Of a stretch of DNA of 64,000 nucleotides, positions 1-13,106 are shown in pieces. The first letter of the stretch is position 1. Each line of letters opens with the position of its first letter. The stretch is from assembly GCF_009914755.1 (NCBI RefSeq), contig NC_060928.1; one strand, given 5' to 3'. Made by a program: the position numbers and the translations under genes. The notes below the pieces were generated by a model. The model was not told the DNA's origin, did no database searches, and worked only from the letters and a program-made list of their open reading frames with translations. This DNA is from the human T2T-CHM13v2.0 reference genome, Homo sapiens.

Positions 1-489
1 AGGAAAATAAACAGAAGTCTCAAATAAGTTACTTTTTAATAAGTAGAAATTAATTAAAGCCTCATAATCTGCTTACTCCAAAATTCCTAGACCTGTGTGC
101 TAATTTTTTTCTTGGAGAATTTCACCTAATACTTAAGGGCTTGATCATCTCTTTCTAAGACTTATAGGTTCTTTTCACTTATGAACAAATATCCAAATAT
201 CTTTAAAAAATGTTTGGTTAACTGAATCCTATAGTATATTAAATGCATTATAAATGTAGGTTGAGCACATGGACAAAAAGAGCAAGCCAGCATGTGAAAA
301 AAGATGGGAAGAGTTCCATCCAGCAAGAGGAACACATGAAAGTACTGAATTAGGAAAGACCTTGGAACATTAAAGAAAACTAGAAAGGAAACACAGTGAC
401 TTCCATCTGTCAGACACTGCTTGAACTAACAAGCTGGAAGCAATTGGCAGTTTCAACATCAGATCATGCACATTACATGCTTTTGATAC

Positions 490-645
490 CTCAATATTTT
501 TGTGAAGCTGCTTCTTGGGTGGTTGCTGTGATAAAAAGGAAGTAGTTTGTAAAAATCAATATGAAACAGAAAAAAAGAGTGTTAGTGTCCAATTTGAATC
601 CAATAGTTAAGAAAATATGCAATATCCAACAAGCACACATTCACT
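490..645 (+). mobile_element. hAT-Charlie DNA transposon fragment (transposase C-terminal region)
   Basis: tgtgaagctg...gttgctgtgataaaaaggaagta...aaaatcaatatgaaacagaaa...gtgtccaat resembles the end of a Charlie transposase ORF; recalled consensus only. Confidence 0.5.
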
Positions 646-1584
646 GGAGAAAATGCAGAAAAAGGCATTTAGTATTGTATGTTGCAAACGTGGTGAAGCA
701 GAGGTGAATAAAGCATCAGAAGGATGGCCAGATTATTCCTCCTTCCAACATCTCCGAATGAGCAATTTTAAGTCCTTGCCATGGGCTGAAAAATAAAAGT
801 CAATAGATGCACAAAGATTCAAACACAGATAACGAAAGCTAATTGAGTATTTCTACTCTTTTCATGTCATTGAGTATCTACTAAAAAAACTCTGGATAAG
901 GAAATTTATGGTAGTTAACCCAGCAGATGAAACCAAAAGAAACTAATAACAGAATTTATTAGCTGTTATTTAAGAGCTCAAACATAAATTATTGTGACTT
1001 TAAAAATCAAAGTATTTCATGATCATACATATAAAACTAAATATTGGGTGTGAAATGGAGACGACACTGATTCAAACATTTTTCATTTAAAAATTTAATA
1101 GGGTCTAATATATACATTTACAATATTCAGGTTAAAATTAAAAATAATGTATTAGAACACACTTAAAATAATATCCCATTTCCTTTTGCTTTGTATTGTG
1201 CTATAAGCTTATAAATATGCCTACACATATCTAATGGAAAGGAAAACATAGGTTGTATCATATCTGGAAGATATTGATTTTGAAAATAAAAGATCCAGAT
1301 CTGATATTATACCAGAGACAGTAAAATCGGAATGCTTAAAAGCCGTATTCAAGAGGACTCTCAAATTTCTCTACTCTCCTTAGCATTTGGTTCCATTCTT
1401 CTACATGAGATTTTATATGTCTTCTAGCAGAAAGAAGGATGTGGGAAACGGGAAATGGGACAGTGAAGTAAAACAGGAAAGTTTCTAGTTCAAATAAATT
1501 TACTAGTTCAAAATGATGACCATACAGTCAAATACAGAACTTTAAAATGTTTCCACTTCTCACTGGTACAAATCTTCAATTGTG

Positions 1585-1655
1585 CTGTCCATTATATTAT
1601 TAACAATAGATGGATGTACCACTGTTGCAGAAAGTTCTATTGGACAGTGCTGCTA
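1585..1655. mobile_element. MER3/MER33-like hAT terminal fragment
   Basis: gcagaaagttctattggacagtgctg matches the MER3-type terminus. Confidence 0.5.
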
Positions 1656-1914
1656 TAGGATGAATACAATATGAAAGGGCATCGATTGATTTCCTTACTA
1701 AATATATACTGTATGATGGTAGCAACCTTTTTTTCTAGATAACATTATTTTCTACATTATGCTTTGAAAACATATCATAGACAAATGGAATGTAATATGT
1801 TTTTTGAAAATGCATGTATGTGGTTAAATAGATATTAATAAATTAGTCTTCACAATGCAATGGTAAAATGATAAACAGTTAGTATTAAGAAAATGTACAC
1901 GACATATGAAAAAA

Positions 1915-2450
1915 AAAACTGGACTCCTAAAGGTAGACTTCAGATGAATTAGAGATTTAAGTATAAAATATAAACCTAAAAATCTATGCAAAGAAAATAA
2001 GTAACATCTGGAAAAGGAGATGGAATTCTTACTCTTTAAAGCACAAAATAACAAGATAAAAATGTTTCATTATATCAAAATAAGATAGTTTTTCAGTGAA
2101 AGATATCTTAGATATGATTAATGTTTTATATGACCTGTTAAGAGAAAACAGGTCTCAATTTAACAATTGTTAAACAACAAGTGTGCATATGAAATGCCTC
2201 CAAACAAGTAAATGCATGAAAAATCAATTAGAAAATTATATGAAAAGATAAAGTCTAAAAATAACAACATGAAAAGAGAGTAATTATATGAAGAAATAGT
2301 TAAACTCTATTAATCAGGGTAATGCATATGAGAACATGCCATGGTATTTTATACCAAGTAAATAGACAAACATTTGGAATTTGAAAAACATCAAGCATTG
2401 AAGAGAATAGGAATAATATGAACCCTTATACAAAACAAAAATGTAAAAAG
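1915..2450 (+). mobile_element. ancient L1 (L1M-type) ORF2 3' fragment
   Basis: A-rich, with L1-like phrases such as agatgaattagagatttaagtataaaa and taatcagggtaatgcat; heavily diverged. Confidence 0.5.
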
Positions 2451-2949
2451 TAAAATAAAACTCTCAATGAAAGAAAGTGTGAATCTAAGATTTATATGCA
2501 GCCAAACTGATCTTTAATGACTAAATCATTTTTGATGAGTTGTCTAAATGATAACATCAATTTTTCCAAGAGGTGATTAGGAAGACTTCAGTAAAAGGTC
2601 TGATTGCAATCATATTTATATAAATAAATATAGATCTAAGAAGAAAAAGTAAACCTGAGGAAAGAAAACTAAGGTACAAATATTATATGTTGTGACAAAG
2701 TAGAAATAATTCAACGGTTAAATAGGAAGATAAGAGAGACATTAAAAAGAAAAGTGGAATAAGCTTATAGTAAATAGGCAATAAATGGGAGTTAAAAATG
2801 CTGATAAAAACAGACATGTCAAGTAGTAAAAAGGCTAAATAAGAAAACAATTACTTAAATGTATTTTAATAGTACAATCATACGCATTAAAATAAAAACA
2901 AATTCTTCTAAACACTTTTAAAATTAGAAATAAAGTAGTAATTATTAAT

Positions 2950-5159
2950 CAAAGGCGTCAAAAAAGTATAATTAAAGAATATACAAAATAAGATATATCA
3001 TTGTACAATAATATGATGTAGTTGGGACAAAACATGTCAGTCACATCAATAAATATGAGTAGGTTCTTCTCATCTGTTAAAACTATTTTAAATTTGGTTT
3101 TCAAATCAAGACCCAACTATACGCTATGTATAAGACACACCAAAAACAATGTGATTTTTAAAAGCTATACGTAAAGGCATGACAAATAGAAATAACAAAG
3201 CAAGACTAGGAATTCAGATATCAAACCAATTAAGATTCAAATCAGAAAGGCATGAAAATTAGGGGCTATTTTTAATGCAAAATCCAAAATCCATGAGGAA
3301 ATCATAACACTTATAAATATCTATGCAACAAATAACCGAGCAACCATTTTTGAAACAAAAACTAGGGAAGATACAAGGAGACATTAGTAGGCAAAATACT
3401 AAGAAGAGGCTTTCACATAAATCACTATGAGACAGATGAAGTGACAAAATATTAGTAAGGGGATAAATACCTAAAGAATATAATAAGATGTTATAGATAT
3501 ATAGCAAATTTTTACCCTGATAATCAAGAATGTACCTTTTTTCCAAATGTTCATAAAATATTCAACAAATTGATATGTTAGTTCACACAAAAATATCAAT
3601 ATTAAATAAATTAGAAATATATGAACAATATTTCTGGTCATAATGTAATAAAACAAGAAATTAACAACAACAAAAATCATGTTTCTTATGGAAATTACAA
3701 AATTATCCATTAATTAACTCTTGGATTACAATGAAATTATAAAATGAAACTAAAGAATTTCTAATAAATAATGATGAAACACTGCAAATCACAATCTGGA
3801 ATTTTAAAGCAGTGATGAGAGGTAAATTAATAATACTTAAGACTTACCAGTGTAGATGAAATTTTAGTATAAAATTGAATGCCCAGCTCAATGACTGGAA
3901 TAAAAAAGTAAACCAAAGAAAGAATAAGTAAGAAGATAATGATGATAAAAGTAGAAATTAATGGAGTATGGAATTGAAAAGGCAATTATGCAGTTATCTT
4001 CACTGCTATTCATTCTTGTATTCAAGGTATTTGCCAATACACAAGATAAATAATTTAGTGTAATAAGAATTGGTAAAGAAGAAATATAATTATCTTGATT
4101 TGCAGTTGTTGTGACATTTTATTTCTGTAAAACCTTAGTGAATCTATGATAAAAGAAATACAATAAAAATAATTCATTAATTTAGCAGTGTATAAAATTA
4201 ACATACAGACATCTATAGCTGTAACATATACAAACAATTATCAGTTAGCAACATTATGGTAAAGAAAAATTCATTTACATAGCAACAAGCAATATTAATT
4301 TGTAAAACTTAGAAATTAGCTTTCTGTTGTTGCTGTAAAAAATGCTACATATTTAGTGGCTTAACACAACACAAATTTTTAGACTTTGATAAATCAGAAA
4401 TCTGATAATCTTGCTGGACTAAAACCAAAGTGTTCACAGCCTATCTTCTTTTCTGAGGGTCTATTAGGGAAGTTGTTTACTGATCATTTAAGTTGACATA
4501 ATTTTGTTTCTTGTGGTTGTAGAACCGAAGTGTCCATTTTCTTGCTGGATCTAATTTGAAAGTCATTTTTAGCCTGTAGAGGCCACTAAATTTCTTGGTC
4601 TTTGGATCCCTTCCTCCATTAAATTAAAACATCCCTTCAAATTAAACAGCATGATCAAATACTTTTCATGTCATAGCTCTCTGATCCATTGTTTGATTTC
4701 CACTTTTATGGACTCATGTGATTAGGTTTGGTCCACCCAATAATCCAGGATAATCTACCCTGTCTCAAGATCTTTAATCTTAATCACAATTGTAAAAACC
4801 TGACATATTCATAGGTCATCAGGGTTAAGACATGATCTGTGTGTAGGGGTGGGTGGGTGTAATGGAAGGAGATAGGCATTATTTCTGTTTACTATAGAAG
4901 TAAGTATCTACAAAAATTATTGGAGGAAATTTTTTAAGAATTCTTGAATAACACAAAAGTAGACCTAGCAAACAAAGATTTTACTTGCTTTTAATAGGAG
5001 AAGTCAACTTCATAAAGATGTAGTTCCCTTAAAATGTGACACAATTTCAATAAATATATCAATAAATACTTTATTGACATTAGTTTAACATTAAAGATCC
5101 TATAGAAAAATAAATATTCAATAATATGTAGAAAAATATGAAAAAAGAAAAATACAACC
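2950..5159 (+). mobile_element. ancient L1 ORF2 (endonuclease to RT region), left part; interrupted by an MLT1 LTR and then by the MSTA element
   Basis: caagacccaactatacgctatgtataagacacac and taaatatctatgcaacaaataac are L1 endonuclease-region motifs; L1 sequence resumes after 9858. Confidence 0.7.
4312..4896 (-). mobile_element. MLT1E/F-like MaLR solo LTR
   Basis: ttgctgtaaaaaatgctacatatttagtggcttaacacaacacaaattt and gactcatgtgattagg...ataatccaggataatct are MLT1 hallmarks. Confidence 0.7.
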
Positions 5160-5538
5160 AGATATGGTTTGGATTTGTGTCCCTGCTCAAATGTCATGTT
5201 GAATTGTAATCTCCAACATTGGAGGAGGGGCCTAGTGGAATGTGATTGGATCATGGGGGCGGACTTCACCCTTGCTGTCTCGTGATAGTGAGTTCTCAAG
5301 AGATCTGGTTGTTTAAAAGTGTGTAGCACCTCTACCCCTTTGCTCTCTTTCTTATGCTCCAGCTATGTAAGACTTGCTTTCTTTCCCTTCACCTTGTGCC
5401 ATGACTGTAAGTTTCCTGATTCCTCCCCAGCCATGCTTCCTGTACAGCCTGTGGAACTGAGCCAATTAAACCTCTTTTCTTTAAAAATTACCCAGCCTCA
5501 GGTAGTTCTTCACAGCAATGTGATAATGGACTATTACA
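5160..5538 (+). mobile_element. MSTA-like MaLR 5' LTR
   Basis: gatatggtttggatttgtgtccc...ccatgcttcctgtacagcctg...ggactattaca; homologous to 9481-9857. Confidence 0.85.
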
Positions 5539-6450
5539 TAAAATTGGTGAGGGGAAGTGGGGTATTGCTATAAAAAATACCTGAAAATGTGGAAGCAGCT
5601 TTGGAAATGGGTAACAGGCAGAAGTTTGAAAAGTTTGGAGGGCTCAAAAGAGGACAGGAAAATGAGGGAAAGTTTGGAACTTCCTGGAGACTTGTTAAAT
5701 CACTGTAACCAAAATGCTGACAGTGATATGGACAGTGAAGTCTAGGCTGAGGTGGTGTCAGATGAAAATGAGGTACTTATTGGGAACTGGAGCAAAGGTC
5801 ACTTTTGTTATGCATTTGTGAAGAGGTTGGAGGCATTGTGCCCCTGCCCTAGAGATCTGTGGAACATTGAACTTGAGAGAGATGATTTAGGGTATCTGGT
5901 AGAAGAAATTTCTAAGCAGCAAAGCATTCAAGATGTGACCTGGTTTCTTCTAAACTCACATGTTTATATTCATGAGCAAAGAGATGATCTGAAACTGCAA
6001 CTTATATTTAAAAGGGAAGCAGAGTGTAACAGTTTAGAAAATTTTCAGCCTGACCATGTGGTGGAAAAGAAAAACTCATTTTCTGGGGAGGAATTCCAGC
6101 CAGCTGCAGAAATTTGCATAAGTAAAGAGAAAACCAATGTTAACAGCCAAGACAATGGGGAAAATGCCCCGAAGGCATTTCAGAGACCTTCATGGCAGCC
6201 CCTCTCATCACAGGTCCTGAGGTCTAGGAGGGAAAAACTGTTTTGTGGGCCTGGTCCAGGAATCCACCACCCTGCACAACATCGGGTTATTTCTCCCTGA
6301 ATCTCAGCTGCTCCAGCTCCAGCATGACTAAAAGAGCCCCAGATACGTGCCAGGCTGCTGCTGCAGAGGCTGCAAGCCATAAGCCTTGGTGGCTTCCATG
6401 TGATGTTAAGCTTGCAGGTGCACAGAGGGCAAGAATTGAGGCATGGGGGC
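5539..6450 (+). mobile_element. MSTA internal region, left part
   Basis: MaLR-int sequence (cctgaaaatgtggaagcagctttggaa; ccctgccctagagatctgtggaac); the 182-aa ORF at 5752-6300 is a remnant of the MaLR internal ORF. Confidence 0.85.
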
Positions 6451-8765
6451 TGATATGGTTTGGCTCTGTGTCCCCAGCCAAATCTCATCTCAAATTGTAA
6501 TCTCCATAATCCCTATGTGTCATGACCAGGGCCTGGTAAGAGGTGATTAGATCGTGGGTACAGTTTCCCCCATGCTATTCTGATGGTAGTGAGTTCTCAT
6601 GAGATCTGATGATTTTATAAGGGGCTCTTTCTGCTGCGTTCCTTGGCTCTCCCTTGCCTGTCATCATGTAAGATGTGCCTCTTCCCCTTCCACCACGATT
6701 TTAAGTTTCTCGAGGCCTCCCCAGCCTTATGGAACTGTAAGTCAATTAAACATTTTTTTAAATAAATTACCCAGTCTCAGGTATGTATTTATAGTAGTGT
6801 GAAAACTTGTGAATACAGTAAATTGGTATCTGTAGAGTGGGGCACCACTATAAAGATACTTGAAAATGTGGAAGCAACTTTGGAACTGGGTACCAGGAAG
6901 AGGTTGGAACAGTTTGGAGAGTTCAGAAGAAGACAGGAAGACTTGGGAAAGTTTGGAATTTCCTAGACACTTGTTTAATGTTTTTGACCAAAATGCTGAT
7001 AGTAATATGAAGAATGAAGTTCAGGCTGAGGTTGTCTCAGTTGGAGATGAAAAGCTTCTTGGGAGCTAGAGCAAGGGTAACTCCTGCTAAGCTTTAGCAA
7101 AGAGACTGGCAACATTTTGCCCCTGCCCTAGAGATTGTTATAATTTTGGACTTGAGGGAGATGATTTAGGGTATCTGGTGGAAGAAATTTCTAAGCAGCA
7201 AAGTGTTCAAGAATTAACCTGGGTGCTCTTAAAAGCATTCAGTTCTATATATTCACAATGAGATGGGTTGAAATTGCAACTTATTTTTAAAAGAGAAGCA
7301 GAACATAAAGGTTTGGAAAATTTGCAACCTGATGATGCAATAGAAAAGAAAAACCCATTTTCTTTAGAGAAACTCAAGCCAGCTGCAGAAATTTGCATAA
7401 GTAACAAGGGGTTGAAGGTTATTCTCTAAGACAATGGGGAAAATGCCTCCATGGCATTTCAGAGAACTTCACGGCAGCCCTTCCTATCACAGGCCCAGAG
7501 GCCTAGGAGGACAAATGTTTCCTGGGCCAAACCGAGGTCCCCTGCTGTTCTGTGCAGCCTTGGGACATGGCACTCTGCATCCTGGCCACTTCAGCTCCAG
7601 TCATGGCTAAAAGGGGCCAAGGTATAGCTCAGGTCGTTGCTTCAGAGGGTGCAAGTCCCAAGCCTTGGCAGCTTCCATGTGGTGTTGGGCCTGTGGGTGC
7701 ACAGAAGTCAAGAATTGGGGTTTGGGAATCTCTGATTTCAGAGGATGTATGAAAATGCCTGGATGTCCCCACTGATGTCTGCTGCAGGGGTGGAGCCGTC
7801 ATGAAGAACCTTTCCCTAGGGCAGTGTAGAATGGAAATGTGGAGTAAGAGGTCCCACACAGAGTTTGCACTGGGGCATTGCCAAGTAGAGCTGTGAGAAG
7901 AGGGCCACTCTCCTCCAGACCCCAGAATGGTAGACCTACCAACAGCTTGCACTGTGTGACTGGAAAAACCACAGACACTCAACACCATCTCATAAGAGCA
8001 GCTAGAAAGGAAACTGTATACTGCAAATCAACAGGCTGGAGCTGCCCAAGGCTGTGGGAGGCCACTTTGTCCATCAGCATGACCTGTTTGTGAGACATGG
8101 AGTCAAAAGAGATCATTTAGGAGCTTTAAGATTTAATGAATGCCCTTCCTGGCTTTGGACTTCCATGTGGCCCCTTTGTTTTGGCAAATTTCTCTAATTT
8201 GGAATAGGAACATTTGCCCAATGCCTGTACCCACATTGTGACTTGGAAGTAACTAACTTGTTTTTGATTTTATGGCTCATAGCCAGATGAGAATTTACTT
8301 ACCTCAGTTGAGACTGCGAAATGTGGACTTTTGAGTTCATGGTGAAATGAGTTAAGATTTTGGGGGACTGTTTAGAAGCCATGATTGGTTTTGAAATGTG
8401 AAAAGGCATGAGATTTGGGAGTGACCACTGGATGAATGATGTGGTTTGGCTCTGGGTCCCCACCCAAATCTCATCTCAAATTGTAATCCCCATAATCCCC
8501 ACCTGTCATGTGCGGGACTGTTCTCATGATAGTGAGTGAGTTCTCATGTGATCTGATGATTTTATAAGGGGCTCTTTCTCCTTCGCTCATTTGCTCTCTT
8601 TCACCCGCCATCATGTAAGATGTGCCTTTTCCCCTTCCTTCATGGCTGTAAGTTTCTGAGACCTCCCCAGCCCTGTGGAATTGTAAGTCAATTAAACCAT
8701 TTTTTCTTTATAAATTACTCAGTCTTGGGAATGTCTTTATAGCAGCATGAAAATTGACTAATACA
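6451..8765 (+). mobile_element. full-length THE1D-like MaLR (5' LTR 6451-6817, internal 6818-8436, 3' LTR 8437-8765) nested in MSTA-int
   Basis: two homologous TG...CA LTRs; internal region parallels the host MaLR-int; degenerate 5-bp TSD ggggc (6446-6450) / gaagc (8766-8770). Confidence 0.9.
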
Positions 8766-9480
8766 GAAGCCTCAAACTAGATTTTAAAGGATATATGGAA
8801 ATGCCTGGATGTCCACTCAGAAGTCTGCTGCAGAAGAGCCCTCATGGAGAACCTCTACTAGGGCAGGGCAGAGGGGAAATGTAGGGTTGAAGCCCACACA
8901 CAGAGTCTCCAGTGGGGCACTGCCTCGTGGACATGTGAGAAAAGGGCCATTGTCCTTCAGATCCCAGAATGGTAGATCCACTGACAGCTTGCACTGTGTA
9001 CCTGGAAAAGCCACAGGCACTCAATGCCAGCCTATGAAAGCAGCTGTGGGAGATGTACCCTGCAGAACCACAGAAGAAGGGGTGCCCAAGGACTTGGGAG
9101 ACCACCCCTTGTATCAGTGTGGCCTGGATGTCAGAAATTGAGTTTAAGAAGTTTTTTTGAAGCTTTAAGATTTAATGACTGCCCTGCTCGGTTCAAACTT
9201 GCATGGGGCCTGTAGCCTCTTTGTTTTGGTTGATTTCTTCCTTTTGGAATGGATGTATTTACCTAATGCCTGTCCCCCACTGTATCTTGGAAGTAACTAA
9301 CTTGTTTTCGGTTTTACAGACTCATAGATGGAAAAGACTTGCCTTGTTTCAGATGAGACTTCGGACTGTGGACTTTTGAGTTAATGCTGAAATGAGTTAA
9401 GACTTGGGAACTGTTGAGAAGGGATGATTGTATTTTGCAATGTGAGAATAACATGACACTTGGGAGAGGCTGAGTCAGAA
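8766..9480 (+). mobile_element. MSTA internal region, right part
   Basis: resumes where 6450 stopped (gaagcctc...ctagatttt...ggaaatgcctgg); ends in a purine-rich tract before the LTR. Confidence 0.85.
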
Positions 9481-9857
9481 TATTATGTTTTGGATTTTTT
9501 GTCCTCACCCAAATCTCATGTCAAATTTTAATCTTCAGTTTTGGAGGAGTAGCCTGGTGGGATGTGATTGCATCATCAGGGTGGACTTCCCCCTTGCTGT
9601 TGTTGGTGAGTTCTCACTAGATCTGGTTGATTAAAAGTGTGTAGCACCTCTCCCTCTTTGCTCTCTTTCTCATCCTCCATTCACATAGGACATGACTTCT
9701 TCCCCATCACCATCTGCCATAATTGTAAGTTTTTAGAGGCCTACAAAGCCATGCTTCCTGCACAGTGTGCAGAACTGTGAGCCAATTAAACCTATTTTCT
9801 TTAAGTATTACCCAGTCTCAGGTATTTATTTATAGCAATGTGAGAATGAACTAATAA
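9481..9857 (+). mobile_element. MSTA-like MaLR 3' LTR
   Basis: homologous along its length to 5160-5538. Confidence 0.85.
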
Positions 9858-10450
9858 CTCTACAAAACAAAATATACTCTAAAATCTTTATAACTAAAAC
9901 AGAGTGGTACCTAGTATATGTTAAAGGTAGCATCTCAAAACATTGAGACAAAGGTAGACTTTTGATTGAATGGGGCTGGGACAAATGAGTAGTTATTTGC
10001 AAAAAGATAATATTGAATAAGTAACAGATAGTATATAGAATAAACTACCAAAAACAGAAATGTCAAGGATAAAATGATTTCATGCTTAATAAGATATCAG
10101 TGTAGTCCTTTTTATTCTTCATGCAAAAAAAAACCTATGGCTTAAAATCCATTTGCAATAAAATATAACATTAAAAATTCCAACAGGATAAAATAAAATT
10201 TTGCCATGGCAAAAATACTATGAACAAAGTTCAAAGTTAAGACACTTTAGGAAACTGCAAGAAAAATATTTGTAACATATTCTATGGAAAGAAAGAATAT
10301 CATGCCTAATACACATATAATGGCCAAAATCTGATATCAAAATAGAAAAGAAGATATGAACAGAGAATTAGCTAGATAGATAGCAGACAGACAGTAGACA
10401 GTAAATTGTCCTCAAACATATGGGAGAATGCTGAAACTCACTTAAATATG
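9858..10450 (+). mobile_element. ancient L1 ORF2, continuation
   Basis: taactaaaacagagtggtac and later L1 3' ORF2 motifs continue the L1 left at 5159. Confidence 0.6.
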
Positions 10451-10720
10451 AAACTTGCACATCTGGATGAGATGTATAAATCTAAGCACCTCCAAATTGG
10501 GAGAAAAGCTTGTAAAGCTTGTAATTAAAAGCATGATGTCCTAAGTTAAGGAAGAGGTAAATAGAATGACAAAAAGAAAAAAGGAATTGGCACAATGCTC
10601 CCTTCTGTCAATGTATTGCCTCTATGGCTTATAATGGAATGTGTAAAGTATAAAGTGTTATAAAATGGTCATTGGAACTGGAAGAGATTTTTTTGAAATG
10701 CTGCAATCAGAGATGGGCTG

Positions 10721-10722
<2 letters not shown>

Positions 10723-10768
<46 letters not shown>
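10723..10768 (+). repeat. (GT)23 perfect microsatellite
   Basis: 46 bp of uninterrupted GT. Confidence 0.98.
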
Positions 10769-10771
<3 letters not shown>

Positions 10772-10969
10772 ATATATTTTTTCTTTCCCCTTGAAAACAT
10801 ACTCCTGGCATCTAGTTTGAGTAATTTCCAGGTATCTGCCTCTGCTTGTGCAGAATAATATTCATACTTAGATAAAAGTAAAAAGTGTAATAACACATTT
10901 TGTTTGTGAGATTGGGGAAACAGGTATGCTTACATACATCATACGCATTAACATTGGTTCCTATTGCAA

Positions 10970-11290
10970 TACGTTGGGTTCTCTGGAAACAGATGCTGTG
11001 ATGGAGTTTGCTATGCAGGGATCAAGATCTATAGAAAGTGGGAAGGGAAAGCAGATTTGGACCAAGGAATACAAATAACTGTGATGTGATATCAACAAAA
11101 TTTCAGCGAGCTCACCAGGAGCTAACATAGACAGGTCTTTGGACTCCTGGTTTGATTGGTTGCTCAATATGGGTTCCTCTTGGCAAGAGTCATTACAACT
11201 GAATCATATTCTAAAGATGTTAATAGCTGGAGTCTATCTGCTGACAGCTGGGGTCACAAGTTTTTATTTGACATGGAATCTGAGACATTC
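10970..11290 (-). mobile_element. LTR16-like ERVL solo LTR remnant
   Basis: gggttctctggaaacagatgctgtgatggagtttgctatgcagg and gggaaagcagatttggaccaagg resemble LTR16 family sequence. Confidence 0.5.
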
Positions 11291-11924
11291 TGTGTTTATT
11301 AGAGCACTTTAAAAGTGATAGGAATGAGAAACGGATCAGGGAAGGAAAATAATACAAGAGGGGCCCCATGATGGTAATATACCATGGACTGAGGATTATT
11401 CTGAGGTCCTTTTTACACACCTGAGGCTAATTATATGATATAGGTGTAAGTCTTAAGGTAAGTCTTTTGCCCTTTGGGAATTCACATCATTTCCCTGACC
11501 CTCTGTGAACTTAACTGATCTGTAAAATAGCAGTATGAATGTCTTTCTCACACAGTCATCTGAAGTGCATGGTAATTTCATTTGCTTTGAGGCTTGAAAC
11601 ATTGTTTTAACTATGTCTGTGCAATAAAATACCATATATTATACATGAACAGTCACTGGATATATTTGTGGCAGTTAAATTTAGCAAACATATTAGAGGT
11701 ATGATTATTCTAGTAAAAGCAGGACAATACCAAACTTCAGTCAAAAAAGAGCTCAGAGAGCAATGCTCAGTCAAAAAAGAATTTAAGTGGTAAAAGAGGA
11801 GGGCTGGAAAGCTCAGGAGAAAATATTATCAGGCCGATTAAATGCTGAGTTTAGAGAAGTCAAGTGAAGTAGAAAGATTCATGATGTAAGAAAACAAAGT
11901 TCATAAAAACAAAGGAAAAAAGTA

Positions 11925-12135
11925 TTATTTATTATGCACCATCTACATGCTAAGCACAGAAATTGGCATTAAAAAATATTTCTCTCACTTGCATGCACCT
12001 TAACTTTGTGAAATATGAATTACTATCCCAAATATATAGAAACGGTAACAGACATGGAGAGTAGCAGCAAATTAGGTGGCTCAAGTCCAGGCAGATAGTA
12101 TGCAACAAATTTGGTATTTAAATTCCAGTCACTGT
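11925..12135 (-). mobile_element. MIR SINE
   Basis: degenerate MIR core (aactttgtgaaatatgaattactatccc...tatagaaacggtaacagac...ggtatttaaattccagtc). Confidence 0.55.
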
Positions 12136-12491
12136 GAGCAAAAATTTCTTATTTTTTGTTAACAATTTCACTGTTGAACACTAATTCTAGGCCCCAAATG
12201 GTATTTTGTTCAGTTTACCACACAAACAGTGAACAAACACATCCTTGATTCTCGGCTGTGCAGCCACATTATTTTCTTCAAAATGTGGCATGGTACTTAA
12301 CTGATAACCATATTGGTTTCATCAGTGATCAGATGGGCAGTGGTTATTTACTCTTTCCTTCTAGATGGATATTGCTTGGGCTATTGAGTAGGTGATAAGG
12401 ATTGTAGGAGACTGAACTGGGTGTGAAGGTAGTTGTGAACTGACTTTGGAACAGCCTGGTGTGGATTCAAAAAATAAATGGGAATGACTAC

Positions 12492-12887
12492 TGTCTTAGT
12501 CTTTTATCTGATGCCATAGCAAAATACCTGTGACTTGGTAATTTATAAAGAACAGAAATTGTATTTCTCATGGTTCCAGAAACCAGGAGGTCCAAGATCA
12601 AGGTGCTGGCAGTTTGGTTGTCTGGAAGCTGCTCTCTGCTTCCAAAATTGCAGCTTGTTGCTGCATCCTCTTGGGGGAGGATGCTGTGTCCTCCCATTGC
12701 AAAAGACGGAAAGGCAAGCCAGCTGAATGCTGCATGAAACCTCTTTTATAAGAATCTTAATACCATTTATGAGGTAGGGGCCCTTATGACATGATCACCT
12801 TTTAAAGACCCCACTTCTTAATACCATCACGTTGGCCATAAAATTCCAGTACCTGAATTTTGGTGGGGACACATTTAAACCATAACA
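12492..12887 (-). mobile_element. MSTD-like MaLR solo LTR
   Basis: tgtcttagtc...aaaccataaca termini; perfect 5-bp TSD ACTAC (12487-12491 / 12888-12892). Confidence 0.85.
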
Positions 12888-12951
12888 ACTACATTTGAGA
12901 GCAAAACAGAAAAGAAGCCAAGCAGAAAGTAAAGACAAAACATCAAACCAA

Positions 12952-13106
12952 GCTGGGCACGGTGGCTCACGCCTGTAATCCCTGCACTTTGGGAGGCTGA
13001 GGCAGGCAGATCACTAGGTCAGGAGATCGAGACCATCCTGGCTAACATGGTGAAACCCTGTCTCTACTAAAAAAACAAACAAACAAACAAACAAAAAACA
13101 AAAACA
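12952..13106 (+). mobile_element. Alu left monomer only (AluY/Sc-type) with (AAAC)n tail
   Basis: gctgggcacggtggctcac...gagatcgagaccatcctggctaacatgg...ctactaaaa; TSD aaaacatcaaaccaa at 12937-12951 and 13107-13121. Confidence 0.9.

Noticed and set aside
5150-9865. TSD for the outer MSTA element
   Set aside because: Both termini are mutated and caacc is not cleanly repeated on the right
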